From: Methanobacteriota archaeon
GTDB lineage: Archaea > Thermoplasmatota > Poseidoniia > Poseidoniales > Poseidoniaceae
NCBI GenBank assembly: GCA_011526375.1
Contig: WTIT01000089.1
Span: forward strand, 3,337 to 67,336
Direction: 5' to 3'
Length of the DNA: 64,000 nucleotides
Shown: piece by piece, positions 37,793 to 47,328 of the stretch
How the letters are laid out: each line of letters starts with the position of its first letter
Position numbering within the stretch: the first letter of the stretch is position 1
Position numbers and translations under genes: made by a program
Notes under the pieces: model-generated
Told to the model about the DNA's origin: nothing
The model's input: only the letters and a program-made list of their open reading frames with translations
Database searches by the model: none

Positions 37793-38596
37793 TTATTCAC
37801 CTGATTCAGTAGGCAATGGGTTTGGACTACTTTCTTCGTCATTGTAGGTGATAGTGACCTCATGATCAACATTTACTTGCTCATTATCCTGATTTAGTTC
37901 AACATCTAAGGTCCAAACTTGGGCTCCTGGATTTAATTCATTGTGCATCCATTCAGCGTTTTGTCCATCTGCAACCTGTTCTTGTCCGGAACTACGTTCA
38001 ACACCTTCTCCGCTCAGAATCCATGTGACAGATACAGGACTCCCGCCAAACCCTCCCAAATTTGCTGGATTTTCTACGGTTGAATCAATTGCTATTTTAT
38101 TTGGTCCTGGACACTCACAATCTGGAGTTGTGTCAATATTCATTGTATCAACATCGGTTGTGCCGGATTGACCCCAGAGGGTTTTCTTATCGATTCTGAT
38201 GGTAATCGTGGTGTTGTCTTCATTACCCGCTTCATCAATTGCTCCTAGGTTTGCGGTGAATAATCCGTGGGTTGCGTACGTGTAGGTTATTTCCCCGGTC
38301 TCATTGGCATCGACAGTAATTCGACTGCTACCATCACCTGCTTCGAAGTAAAATGAATCGATATCTCCAGAGGTCGATTTCGTATATGCATAATCAAAAG
38401 ATAACTCGACGCCTGAGAATGATACCTGTGCACCATTCTGGATATTTTCTTGAATCATTCCAGATGTGGAATCGTAGTAAATAACTAGGTCAATTGCTGA
38501 ATCATCCGATGATTCATCATCAGCAGTACAGCCAGCGAGCATGGCAGAGCATAACAAAAGCGCCAACAGAATTGACTGGTTTGTTTTGACTCGCAT
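37793..38596 (-). CDS. Putative lipoprotein with PKD-like domain
   Basis: Lipobox-like LLCSAMLAGC after a signal peptide. PKD-like signature GEITYTYATHGLFTANLGAIDEAGN. Confidence 0.55.
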   Translation of the reverse strand: MRVKTNQSILLALLLCSAMLAGCTADDESSDDSAIDLVIYYDSTSGMIQENIQNGAQVSFSGVELSFDYAYTKSTSGDIDSFYFEAGDGSSRITVDANETGEITYTYATHGLFTANLGAIDEAGNEDNTTITIRIDKKTLWGQSGTTDVDTMNIDTTPDCECPGPNKIAIDSTVENPANLGGFGGSPVSVTWILSGEGVERSSGQEQVADGQNAEWMHNELNPGAQVWTLDVELNQDNEQVNVDHEVTITYNDEESSPNPLPTESGE

Positions 38597-38724
38597 GGTA
38601 AACCATAACCGGCAGGAGTAGATAAGACAATTCCATTATGGGTAGGTTAAACCTTATTTTATTGACAAATTGTTTCATCCGGCCCATCGGTGGTTTGAAA
38701 ATGGGTAAAGCCGGCGGTTTGCTT

Positions 38725-38802
38725 AACGAGGTGGGGTAGTCTGGATATCCCGTCGGGCTCATAACCCGGAGATCGATGGTTCAAATCCATCCCTCGTTAC
38801 CA
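38725..38802 (+). tRNA. tRNA-Met (anticodon CAT), initiator-type, genomically encoded CCA
   Basis: Hand-folded cloverleaf. Acceptor AACGAGG/CCTCGTT (A1:U72). Anticodon stem TCGGG/CCCGG with three G:C pairs next to loop CTCATAA. T-arm GATGG-TTCAAAT-CCATC, discriminator A, CCA. A1:U72 plus GGG:CCC are archaeal initiator hallmarks. Confidence 0.85.
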
Positions 38803-39552
38803 TCAACTATATTCATAGTAGTCGTGTTTTGGCTTTAGTGAATCTAGAGCACTCTGAAGTTTTGCATTTGCCGCCATTTCGCCACTTTCAATAGCAGCGA
38901 TTTGTGCTCTTAATCGTTGAGCTTGTTGCTTTGCCCGTTCATTGAGACTGAGGCTGGTGCCATCCAATATCTGTAATATGCTATCTACCTGTACCGCCGG
39001 TGAACTATCTGGTTGTAACATGAAAGACTGACCTAAACGTAACACAGGTCCGGATTGTTCGAGGGAACTTAGAAAGAAATCGACTAGTTTGGTATCATTT
39101 TCAATTGCTGTAACTGCATCTAATGTGGCTGCTACACATCCGTTTGAATGTTTGAATGCCTTGATGAAAAATGCTTTTCCTTTGCGCTTTTTTCCGGCCA
39201 ACGCAAACGCCTTTCCACATCTCTGTAAATCTTGATAATAATGACCAATCATGTCATCTGCAGTAGAGATTCTCTTTCGCTCGCGAATTAATGTTTTAGC
39301 AGAGGTCATAGCGAGGGAAAATTTGCTTCTAATAACTAACACATCGCACAGTATCTGTAATCCTCTAACTAACATGATTTGTTCTTGTGTGGAACGTTTT
39401 TTGTTACGCAGAAACATATCGGTAAATTGTGTAGCCATAACTTCTGACATTTCCAATCTACCATCTCTGATGTAACCTTCTAATTGCATCAAAGTCTGTG
39501 CGGGGTCATTCATTCCAAACATGGTGATATTACACCCATAGCATTCTATCAT
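38803..39552 (-). CDS. Hypothetical protein (249 aa, helical)
   Basis: ORF only. Its stop codon abuts the 3' end of the convergent tRNA. Alternative start ATG 39522. Confidence 0.4.
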   Translation of the reverse strand: MIECYGCNITMFGMNDPAQTLMQLEGYIRDGRLEMSEVMATQFTDMFLRNKKRSTQEQIMLVRGLQILCDVLVIRSKFSLAMTSAKTLIRERKRISTADDMIGHYYQDLQRCGKAFALAGKKRKGKAFFIKAFKHSNGCVAATLDAVTAIENDTKLVDFFLSSLEQSGPVLRLGQSFMLQPDSSPAVQVDSILQILDGTSLSLNERAKQQAQRLRAQIAAIESGEMAANAKLQSALDSLKPKHDYYEYS

Positions 39553-39625
39553 TTGATGGCTTTGTTGGTAATACGTAATTTAGCCAAAGTTGTTGTATCG
39601 ACACAAACTGGCTAGCCTTGAGCAA

Positions 39626-40150
39626 ATGGTAGTAATTGCAATCACTGGTAGTCCGGCAGTAGGCAAGTCGACAATTTCCGATTTGCTTGCGGGGCATGGT
39701 TGGAAAGTAGAATCAGTTGCAGAATTAGCAAAAAGCCTTGACTGTGAAGGAGAATATGATGATTTGATGGGTTGTGTTGAGATTGACATCCACAAATTGG
39801 CTGAAAAGTTCATGCCGAATAGAGATGATAACATAATTGTTGATGGCCATCTGTCGCATTTTTTGGAAGTAGACGCGATAATTATTTTGAGGTGTGAACC
39901 TGCAAAATTACGAACTAGACTCGAGTCTAGAGGTTACCCCGAGGCCAAAGTAAATGCGAATGTAGAGTGGGAATTGATCGCAGGAACATGGTCAGAAATT
40001 GCTGAATTTGAAATCGATGTACCGATTCTTGAATTAGATACAACTACTTCGACAGCTGAAGAATTGGTGGAAATGGTCAATTTCTGGATTGAAGGAGATT
40101 TCACATCAAATTTAACCATGATTTCCGACGCAATCGACTGGCTAGCTTAA
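39626..40150 (+). CDS. Fap7/AK6-type putative adenylate kinase (ribosome-biogenesis NTPase)
   Basis: P-loop MVVIAITGSPAVGKST, DGHLSH, and the about 175 aa size typical of archaeal AK6/Fap7. ATG 39626 preferred over TTG 39590. Confidence 0.7.
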   Translation: MVVIAITGSPAVGKSTISDLLAGHGWKVESVAELAKSLDCEGEYDDLMGCVEIDIHKLAEKFMPNRDDNIIVDGHLSHFLEVDAIIILRCEPAKLRTRLESRGYPEAKVNANVEWELIAGTWSEIAEFEIDVPILELDTTTSTAEELVEMVNFWIEGDFTSNLTMISDAIDWLA

Positions 40151-40230
40151 ACAGATAAATCACCAAATTGTGAATTTTTCAGCCGTAACAATCAACCCCC
40201 TAGTTGGTTTCCCTCTGCATGGGAAGTTGT

Positions 40231-40935
40231 ATGGCATTGGAAAAATTAAGGAGTATTTGGGAGAAGACCCTAAACCCGATTGTCGAATCACTTTCGTGGA
40301 TGAGCCCAGCAACGATAACTTGGATTGCACTGCCGATAGGCATTCTTGGGGGACTCTCTGTTTACCTCGCACCACAAGATGATTTTGGGGCTTCAATGTT
40401 ACTCGGCGGTGGCTTACTAATCACTCTTGCAATGGCCTTAGACGGACTTGATGGTCCGGTTGCCAGAGCTACAGGTCGAGTAACTCGATGGGGCGATTAT
40501 CTAGACCATACCTTTGACAGATTACTCGATGCGGTTTGGATTATATGTATTTCAGCGTCAGTATTTGTCGATGACATTGTACTTGGTTTAGCAGCGGCAT
40601 GGTTCACGCTGCTCGGTTCATACATGGGTACCCAAGCCCAAGCCGTTGCTGGCACTCGAAATTATCGCGGTTTTTCAAGAGCGGATAGAACCATATTGAG
40701 TATAGTTGCAATATTTTTAACGGGGATTTTGTTGTATTTTGATAACTATTCATGGGGACAATTTCCCGGAATTTTTGACCACATTGAAGTTAACCCACTA
40801 AGTATTGTAGTATTTATCTCAGCGCTAGGCGGAATTTGGACCTTTTTGATTAGGTTCATCCAAGCCAGTAAGCAAATCAAACAAATCGATGCTGAGAACC
40901 CTTTGCCACAACCAAATTCGACAGATGAAGAATGA
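40231..40935 (+). CDS. CDP-alcohol phosphatidyltransferase (archaeal polar-lipid head-group synthase)
   Basis: Signature DGLDGPVARATGRVTRWGDYLDHTFDRLLD (D-G-x2-A-R-x8-G-x3-D-x3-D) and multiple TM helices. Substrate (serine/inositol-P/glycerol-P) cannot be determined. Confidence 0.8.
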   Translation: MALEKLRSIWEKTLNPIVESLSWMSPATITWIALPIGILGGLSVYLAPQDDFGASMLLGGGLLITLAMALDGLDGPVARATGRVTRWGDYLDHTFDRLLDAVWIICISASVFVDDIVLGLAAAWFTLLGSYMGTQAQAVAGTRNYRGFSRADRTILSIVAIFLTGILLYFDNYSWGQFPGIFDHIEVNPLSIVVFISALGGIWTFLIRFIQASKQIKQIDAENPLPQPNSTDEE

Positions 40936-41025
40936 TTTTGAATAAATAGAATTTTACCCAAAATCAGCGTAATTTCTTGAGTAAATAGCGGTACACTCAT
41001 AACGGTTGCATGCTAGAAAAGACTG

Positions 41026-44000
41026 ATGACGGGCAGTTCCAAGGCTTATGATGGGAGAGCCATTGCTACGCTGTTGATTTTATTGATGACCTTTTCAATG
41101 GTGCCAATTACCAATGCTAGCGCCGAAGATACGGGTAATCTCTTTCATCTACAAGCACAAGACATTGAAGCATCATTTGATAGCAACACCGAGTTAACGA
41201 CAATTACTTGGCGCAACATTGACAGCCTGGACGAGCCATCGGCACTTGACAACTTTTACAACTCTGTTTACAAAATCTATCGACACACAGAGCCAATCAA
41301 CCAATCAAATGTACAAAACGCAACCTTGATTCATCAAGTTGATGCTTGCGACAGTGAAGCATATGCGGTCAAATATTTGTGTCTAGGCGGAGCCAATGGT
41401 TCACACCCCGGTCATAGTTACTCTTACCTTGTGGCACCGGGCACCAATGATTCCTTTTACTATGGAATTACGACAACTATAACCGACCAAAGTAACACTG
41501 AAACAACCTACGATTCCCTCATTTCAAATGAATCATCAATATACGATCCAATTGTTGAAGTTACAACTCCGGTTAGGACTCCATATAATCTGATGGCAGA
41601 TTTTGACCCAACCACTAGTATAACCACACTCTCTTGGATTAACTACAACGACATCTTCTATGTTCTCCCGGAAACAGGCCCAGATGCATATCAAACTCGT
41701 ATTTGGATGTCAACTCAGCCAATTACCAGAAGTTCAGCAGGGAGTTTGTTTAGTTCCATGTCTCCAGTGGCCCAACTTATCTCAGGAGTAGATAGTTATG
41801 AAATATTTATTCCACAGGATACGGATCGAGATGTCTACTACGCTGTCACATATCTCTTACCAAATTATTTCGGCGCTGGTCAAGATTATGAAGATATAAG
41901 ATTCCTATCTAACAATGCCTTGGATTCGACCATTGCTGAAGATAACATGCCCGCTAGTCCAGTAACTTCAGTCAATACATTTTTTGCATCAGACTCGCAA
42001 ACAGGTAGCGGCACAACTACGATAACTTGGGCTGATGTGTCAAGCGAGGAAGGCGAATCGTATGCAATTTTCAGCTCAGGAGAACCATTCAACAAAACCA
42101 CGCAGTTCGGTGCAACACAGATTGCTCTAGTAGATGAAGGAATTTCACAATTTGAATATCAAGTCCCGATAGGAAGGCTTGGAACGTCATATTATTGTGT
42201 TGTAGTAATCGACTCAAATGGAATTTTTGATGAAGATATCCAACCATTCTCTTGTAATTCATTGTATGAAGACGCTTTCTACAACTGGACTGCAGAACCG
42301 ACGAATGTTATGGCGACATTTATTGGAAATGCTGAAACTCACATAACATGGAATGACCAACTCGGTGCAGAGGGAGAGGTGTATCACATTTGGCGATCGA
42401 ACTATCTAGTTGCTGGTAGCCAATTTAGTGAGAACGCAACCGTATTCTATCAAGGAACTGTCACTGATGGCATTCAACAGTTTACCGCACAAGTACCACC
42501 AGAAGTAGATAGAACATCGTTTTACTTTGTAACTAGTGAAGCACTATATCAGCACAGTGCAGGTCCATACCATTACACTAAGTTAATTCAAAATTGGTTT
42601 GGGCCAGTATATGAAGATACGAGAACCCCGACAGCTCCTAGAATTAACGAAATAGACGTTGAAGGGGAACTTTCAATGGTAACCATTGAATGGTACAATG
42701 ACCAACAATTAGACGGTGAAAAGTATTCGATATGGCAACATGAAGGCGCTCCGTTTGGAGAAGACGAGGATGAGATTTCCATCGTAAGTGAGGATAATGG
42801 CTGGACGCTATTTGATGGCGACATCCTTGATACAGGCTCGTTACTAACAGAATTCACATTCACCAAAAATTATCAAATTCCGGATGATGTTGAGCGAAAC
42901 CTTTGGTATGCTATCACCGTTGAAGATGCTTATGGAAATCAGAACATAGAAGCCTTCCCAGGCTCTGGTGGTAATTCTCTCAAAGTCAAAGAAGATACTA
43001 CGCCACCTACAGCAACATATGAATTATACAATGACGTTGGCGAACTTTACCTCAGCCCATCCCTTGTATCGGGCAGTTACAGTATCAGACTTTCAATAAA
43101 CGAGTACCTATTTAGCAATCCTACTGTTGATTTAACTACCTCCAGTGGTGGTAAAATAACCAACGGACCTCGTCAGATGTTAATGTATGCTGACAACCTA
43201 CTAGATCCAACAAAAGGCCCTGAATATTATCACAATTTCGATATCTCTAATTCAGTTTCTGCTGGTTTGATTACCATTACGGTAGACATGGTTGATGAAA
43301 GTTTTAACAGCCAGCAATTAAATTGGACAGAGCGAAGTTTAGATGCGCAAAATCCGTTCCTAACGGTTTATTCTCCGGCCTCAGCAGGAGATGGTTCAAA
43401 ATACCTCTATGGCAATAAAATCAACATCAATGCAGGTGCGACCGATGATGTACAAATTTCTCTTATCCAGTACAAATTCACCTACAATGTTGGTACAGGC
43501 GCTCAATCGGTAACTGCATGGACTACACCTGAAGATGCGCAGGATGTTTATGGCGATGGTAGTTCATTCGTATTCAACGAAGAAATAAGTGCAGGTAACT
43601 TCGACCCAGGAACTCATGCCGTCACAGTCAGAGCGATAGATTCTGCTGGTAACGAGGTAATCAAACAAGTTCAATTCATTGTCGATTATTGTCGAAATAG
43701 ACTTGATGGAACAACGGTTTGTAATTACGAAGAAGATTTGAAGCCCGAACCAGACCCGATAATTGTTGAACCATCATATTCGGACCCACCATATGTGTTC
43801 GTCTGGGTTTCATCGGGAATTGCATTTATCTCAATTATCCTGATGCTGTTTGTCATTAGTGCGGGAATGAAAGGCCCGAAGAAAAAGAAATCAGACGATG
43901 AGTATGATGACGATGATTGGATGTCAGAGTTTATCGGCACCACTCAAGATGTAGATATGGACTCAATTACCAATACGACTCAACCTGCACCTGCAGAGGA

Positions 44001-44274
44001 ATCTAAAGAGGTTCCAGAGATTGAGGAAGAGGAAGAAGATCCGTTCTCGGTTAATGTAGTGCAAAGAAAGGCTAGACGCACCAAGCCAAAGGCTAAGCCA
44101 GAACCCGAACCAGAAGAAGATGAAGATGATGCTTTCTTTGGCTTAGATGATGACGAATTCGAGGAAGAAGAGGTTGAGGAAAAGCCTAGACCAAAGCGCA
44201 AGGTAGGACGACGAACCGCACCTAGAAACGCACCTAAACGCCGTCCAACAAGACGAAGCAAATCCGAAGATTGA
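41026..44274 (+). CDS. 1082-aa type-I anchored surface protein with five Fn3-like modules, Ig-like domains, TM anchor and block-charged cytoplasmic tail
   Basis: Signal peptide ATLLILLMTFSMVPITNASA. Modules marked by ITWRNIDS, LSWINYND, ITWADVSSEEGESYAIFSS, ITWNDQLGAEGEVYHIWRS, IEWYNDQQLDGEKYSIWQH. TM VFVWVSSGIAFISIILMLFVISAGM, then a KGPKKKK.. tail. Confidence 0.85.
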   Translation: MTGSSKAYDGRAIATLLILLMTFSMVPITNASAEDTGNLFHLQAQDIEASFDSNTELTTITWRNIDSLDEPSALDNFYNSVYKIYRHTEPINQSNVQNATLIHQVDACDSEAYAVKYLCLGGANGSHPGHSYSYLVAPGTNDSFYYGITTTITDQSNTETTYDSLISNESSIYDPIVEVTTPVRTPYNLMADFDPTTSITTLSWINYNDIFYVLPETGPDAYQTRIWMSTQPITRSSAGSLFSSMSPVAQLISGVDSYEIFIPQDTDRDVYYAVTYLLPNYFGAGQDYEDIRFLSNNALDSTIAEDNMPASPVTSVNTFFASDSQTGSGTTTITWADVSSEEGESYAIFSSGEPFNKTTQFGATQIALVDEGISQFEYQVPIGRLGTSYYCVVVIDSNGIFDEDIQPFSCNSLYEDAFYNWTAEPTNVMATFIGNAETHITWNDQLGAEGEVYHIWRSNYLVAGSQFSENATVFYQGTVTDGIQQFTAQVPPEVDRTSFYFVTSEALYQHSAGPYHYTKLIQNWFGPVYEDTRTPTAPRINEIDVEGELSMVTIEWYNDQQLDGEKYSIWQHEGAPFGEDEDEISIVSEDNGWTLFDGDILDTGSLLTEFTFTKNYQIPDDVERNLWYAITVEDAYGNQNIEAFPGSGGNSLKVKEDTTPPTATYELYNDVGELYLSPSLVSGSYSIRLSINEYLFSNPTVDLTTSSGGKITNGPRQMLMYADNLLDPTKGPEYYHNFDISNSVSAGLITITVDMVDESFNSQQLNWTERSLDAQNPFLTVYSPASAGDGSKYLYGNKININAGATDDVQISLIQYKFTYNVGTGAQSVTAWTTPEDAQDVYGDGSSFVFNEEISAGNFDPGTHAVTVRAIDSAGNEVIKQVQFIVDYCRNRLDGTTVCNYEEDLKPEPDPIIVEPSYSDPPYVFVWVSSGIAFISIILMLFVISAGMKGPKKKKSDDEYDDDDWMSEFIGTTQDVDMDSITNTTQPAPAEESKEVPEIEEEEEDPFSVNVVQRKARRTKPKAKPEPEPEEDEDDAFFGLDDDEFEEEEVEEKPRPKRKVGRRTAPRNAPKRRPTRRSKSED
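41146..42976 (+). repeat. Five tandem Fn3-like modules of the same type as in the 2790-aa protein
   Basis: Each module has a [IL][TSE]W strand, a Y-x-I-[WFY] strand and a [YF]Y[ACF]V[TV] strand. Boundaries are approximate. Confidence 0.6.
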
Positions 44275-44324
44275 GCGCTTAACACACAGATACCTCAATT
44301 AGTGTACTTTCAGTCTCGGCTATT

Positions 44325-45485
44325 ATGGCAGACACCGTGGAAGAAGGTAGTGCTGGTAATTTGGCTGAAGAGATAGGACATGAAATGGAATCAGTACTTG
44401 ATTCATTCAATCCTATTAATAACAAATTGAATTGGTTACTTGTTGCAATGCCATTAGCAATATTCTTTAATTTTCAACATAATCTAACAATGGCATTTCT
44501 TTTCTCAATGATCGCTATAATGCCATTAGCGTTCTTGATGGGCAAAGGCACTGAAGAAATAGCGCTAAGAACCGGAGAGGCGATTGGTGGCTTCCTAAAC
44601 GCGACGTTTGGTAATGCTGCTGAATTGATTATTGTCGGATTGGCAATATATGCTGCTTCAAATGATCCGGAAATAGTTGAAACGATGGTAACGGTAACCC
44701 AAGCCTCGCTTATTGGTTCAATTCTTGGCAACATGCTGCTTGTATTGGGATTAGCGATGCTTTGGGGTGGCTTGAAACACAAAGAACAAACCTTCAACAG
44801 CGACGCAATTCAGATGAATGGTACTCTTCTGTTATTAGCTATTGTTGCCTTCATAATTCCTAGTGCAGTTCACCATTCAGGAGGTACAGTATCAGATGTA
44901 GAAAATATATCTCACTATGCCGCAATAGTTCTGCTGGTAATCTACGGATTTGCTTTGTTGTTTCAATTAAAGACTCACGCTCACGTATTTGCTACCGAGC
45001 CGGGACACGGCCATCATGAAGAGCCGAAGATGACCAACAGAGATGCATGGGTATTGTTGATTTTAGCAACAGTACTCGTTGCTTGGATGGCGCATATACT
45101 CGTCCACAGTTTAGAAGCTGCAGTAGTTGAATGGGGTATGCCGGAGTTATTCATAGGAGTGATTCTGTTACCGTTCTTTGGTAATGCAGCAGAACATTTC
45201 ACCGCCGTTATTGTCGCTGGTAAAGACAAAATGGATTTGTCTATCGCAATCGCAGTTGGTAGCAGTGTCCAGATTGCGTTGTTTGCAGCACCAGCTATGA
45301 TATTATTCGCGTGGGCTCTAGGAGTCCCTCTCACCCTAGAGTTTGGTATGTTAGAAACCGCAGCAACCTTCGTATCAGTATTGGTTGTTAATTCGATTTT
45401 GGCTGATGGTAAATCAAACTGGTTAGAAGGTGGGATGTTACTTGGTAGTTATGTAATATTAGCACTAGCATTCTTGCAATTGTAG
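44325..45485 (+). CDS. cax: Ca2+/H+ antiporter (CaCA/CAX family)
   Basis: Two alpha-repeat signatures, GNAAELI and GNAAEHF, in an approximately 11-TM protein. Confidence 0.85.
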   Translation: MADTVEEGSAGNLAEEIGHEMESVLDSFNPINNKLNWLLVAMPLAIFFNFQHNLTMAFLFSMIAIMPLAFLMGKGTEEIALRTGEAIGGFLNATFGNAAELIIVGLAIYAASNDPEIVETMVTVTQASLIGSILGNMLLVLGLAMLWGGLKHKEQTFNSDAIQMNGTLLLLAIVAFIIPSAVHHSGGTVSDVENISHYAAIVLLVIYGFALLFQLKTHAHVFATEPGHGHHEEPKMTNRDAWVLLILATVLVAWMAHILVHSLEAAVVEWGMPELFIGVILLPFFGNAAEHFTAVIVAGKDKMDLSIAIAVGSSVQIALFAAPAMILFAWALGVPLTLEFGMLETAATFVSVLVVNSILADGKSNWLEGGMLLGSYVILALAFLQL

Positions 45486-45490
45486 GTGAT
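45484..45490 (+). promoter_or_regulatory. Shine-Dalgarno site (AGGTGAT) supporting the TTG start at 45496
   Basis: AGGTGAT lies 5 nt upstream of the TTG and overlaps the cax stop region. Confidence 0.55.
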
Positions 45491-45495
45491 GAAAA

Positions 45496-46029
45496 TTGCA
45501 AATAAACAGTAAGTTTGGAATGGGGTTAATCATAACTGCACTCTTGCTGTCAATCGTTGGTACCATCGGATTTACCATTGAAGATTCAGTCGAGTCGATA
45601 CCAACTCCAAATGTGCCTAACTCGGTATTTTTTGCTGATGATCCCGTTCAGTCAAATCCTCTAGCATTGCTCGTATCTGCTAATGCAGAGATTACCTGGG
45701 ATCGAAGTGACGTATTCTTAGTGGTTGGAGATAGCGATAAAAAAGATCAATGTGACGGCCTAACTTTTATTGAAAGAGTAAATCAAAACACAGAGATTTG
45801 CACTTCTCGAGACAACGACTTTGTTGCTATCGGTGATGATAACCAATCTGGCTTTACTTGGTCGGTCAAATCAGGAGAATATTATGTTGGAATAGGTAGT
45901 TTAAATGAAGTGTCTGAAGATTTCGAATTAAATGTTGATTATGAGGTAAAAATGACTCTATCAGCAACGGGCTATTTCGCATTGGTGTTGATGTTATTCA
46001 GTGGCTTCGTCCTGAATAAGTATCAATGA
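45496..46029 (+). CDS. Hypothetical protein with N- and C-terminal TM helices and an extracytoplasmic domain
   Basis: ORF 10 nt downstream of cax with a perfect SD. Hydrophobic helices at both ends. Confidence 0.45.
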   Translation: MQINSKFGMGLIITALLLSIVGTIGFTIEDSVESIPTPNVPNSVFFADDPVQSNPLALLVSANAEITWDRSDVFLVVGDSDKKDQCDGLTFIERVNQNTEICTSRDNDFVAIGDDNQSGFTWSVKSGEYYVGIGSLNEVSEDFELNVDYEVKMTLSATGYFALVLMLFSGFVLNKYQ

Positions 46030-47289
46030 TTACTCTATACCATCATAATATGATGCTACGGATAAATCAAGTTCTTCAAATGCTAACTTTTCATCAACAG
46101 TGTTAGTTGTTCCATCCACTCGAACCGGATTACCATCAACCCACATGTCTAGACATCGCGCTCCGTTGAAGACTAAATTTGCAATGTGACGATTATTAGA
46201 ACGACCACGGGGGAACATCCTGATGTCGTCAAGATCCCATGCTACCCAGTCTTTGCTGCCTTTGGTTACCATTTGGAAGACATCTTTAGCAGGCAGTAAG
46301 GTCGCATCCCAGTGGTCATGTCTTTGAACTAGGGCAGCAGTTCTAGCCTCGGCTAAGATATTCAGCCCATTGCCTGATGATGCTGCACCGTCAGTACCGA
46401 TACGAACATCTACTCCCTCTGCGGTATATGCGGGCAATGATAGAGTGCCGCCACAGGCCAATTTCATATTTGAGGACGGACAATGTACTGCTGTTACATC
46501 ATGTTTCTTCAACAGTCGAATTTCATTCTTTTTGACCCAACTGGCATGAGCACATATGGTCCCTGGTTTGAAGAAATCAATGCTATCGAGGTACTCTACT
46601 GGATATTTCCCAGTCTTATCATAGCAATCAGCAATTTCTTTTCGTGTTTCGCTAACGTGTATGTGTAGCCTTCCATTGCGCTTTTCTGCTAACTGTGCAG
46701 CTTGAATTAGCGTTTCTTCACTACACAAATAAACCGAATGAGTGGCAATTGCATATTGAATTCTATCAGTTAATTTTTGATTAGCCAGTAAAGTATCCAA
46801 TTCATCAAGTGCAGAATTTGCATCTGGATGGGATGGGAGAGCAAAGTCACTGACTGGACCGCCAACGAGTCCTCTTATCCCAGCATCATTCAGTACTTGA
46901 CCAGTGATTGCAGGATAGAAATACATGTCAGCGGCAAAACTACATCCTGTAGCAATTAGTTCACATGCTGCAGCAGTAGCTCCAACTCTAACATATTCAG
47001 GGTTTAGCCTAGATTCGGTAGGGAAAATCGCTTCGTTTAACCAGCGGTCAAGGGTAAATCCATCACTAAAGTCTCTCGCATTCAATTGCATGGCTAAATG
47101 AGTATGCCAATTTTGTAGTGATCGGGTTAGTAATTTATCAGATCCATCGATAATATGGCGGACGTCTTCATCGCCGTTCGATACTGACCATGCACCATTG
47201 TCATGAATCAGGAAATCACCAATGTGTTTTTCACCATTATCATCATACAGCACTGTATTTGTATAACGTGCTGCGTATTCGGAGGTCAT
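46030..47289 (-). CDS. Amidohydrolase-superfamily deaminase (MTA/SAH deaminase MtaD / chlorohydrolase-like)
   Basis: Metal-binding motifs NWHTHLAM, HIHVSET, VHCP, GTDGAAS. Confidence 0.75.
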   Translation of the reverse strand: MTSEYAARYTNTVLYDDNGEKHIGDFLIHDNGAWSVSNGDEDVRHIIDGSDKLLTRSLQNWHTHLAMQLNARDFSDGFTLDRWLNEAIFPTESRLNPEYVRVGATAAACELIATGCSFAADMYFYPAITGQVLNDAGIRGLVGGPVSDFALPSHPDANSALDELDTLLANQKLTDRIQYAIATHSVYLCSEETLIQAAQLAEKRNGRLHIHVSETRKEIADCYDKTGKYPVEYLDSIDFFKPGTICAHASWVKKNEIRLLKKHDVTAVHCPSSNMKLACGGTLSLPAYTAEGVDVRIGTDGAASSGNGLNILAEARTAALVQRHDHWDATLLPAKDVFQMVTKGSKDWVAWDLDDIRMFPRGRSNNRHIANLVFNGARCLDMWVDGNPVRVDGTTNTVDEKLAFEELDLSVASYYDGIE

Positions 47290-47328
47290 TGTGCACCATT
47301 CCTTGGGTATGGGTGGTGGGTGGATTAT

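Noticed and set aside
38520-38762. 80-aa minus-strand ORF spanning the lipoprotein start region and the 5' part of the tRNA
   Set aside because: It overlaps a well-folding tRNA-Met gene and the signal-peptide codons of the lipoprotein gene, so it is spurious.
38597-39552. Possible integrated element next to the tRNA gene
   Set aside because: There is no integrase, no direct repeat of the tRNA 3' end, and housekeeping genes (Fap7-type kinase, lipid synthase) resume immediately.
43980-44285. 101-aa S/G-rich ORF antisense to the charged tail of the 1082-aa protein, and the 61-aa ORF at 280-465 antisense to the acidic ORF
   Set aside because: They are reverse-complement artefacts of GAA/GAT-rich coding sequence.
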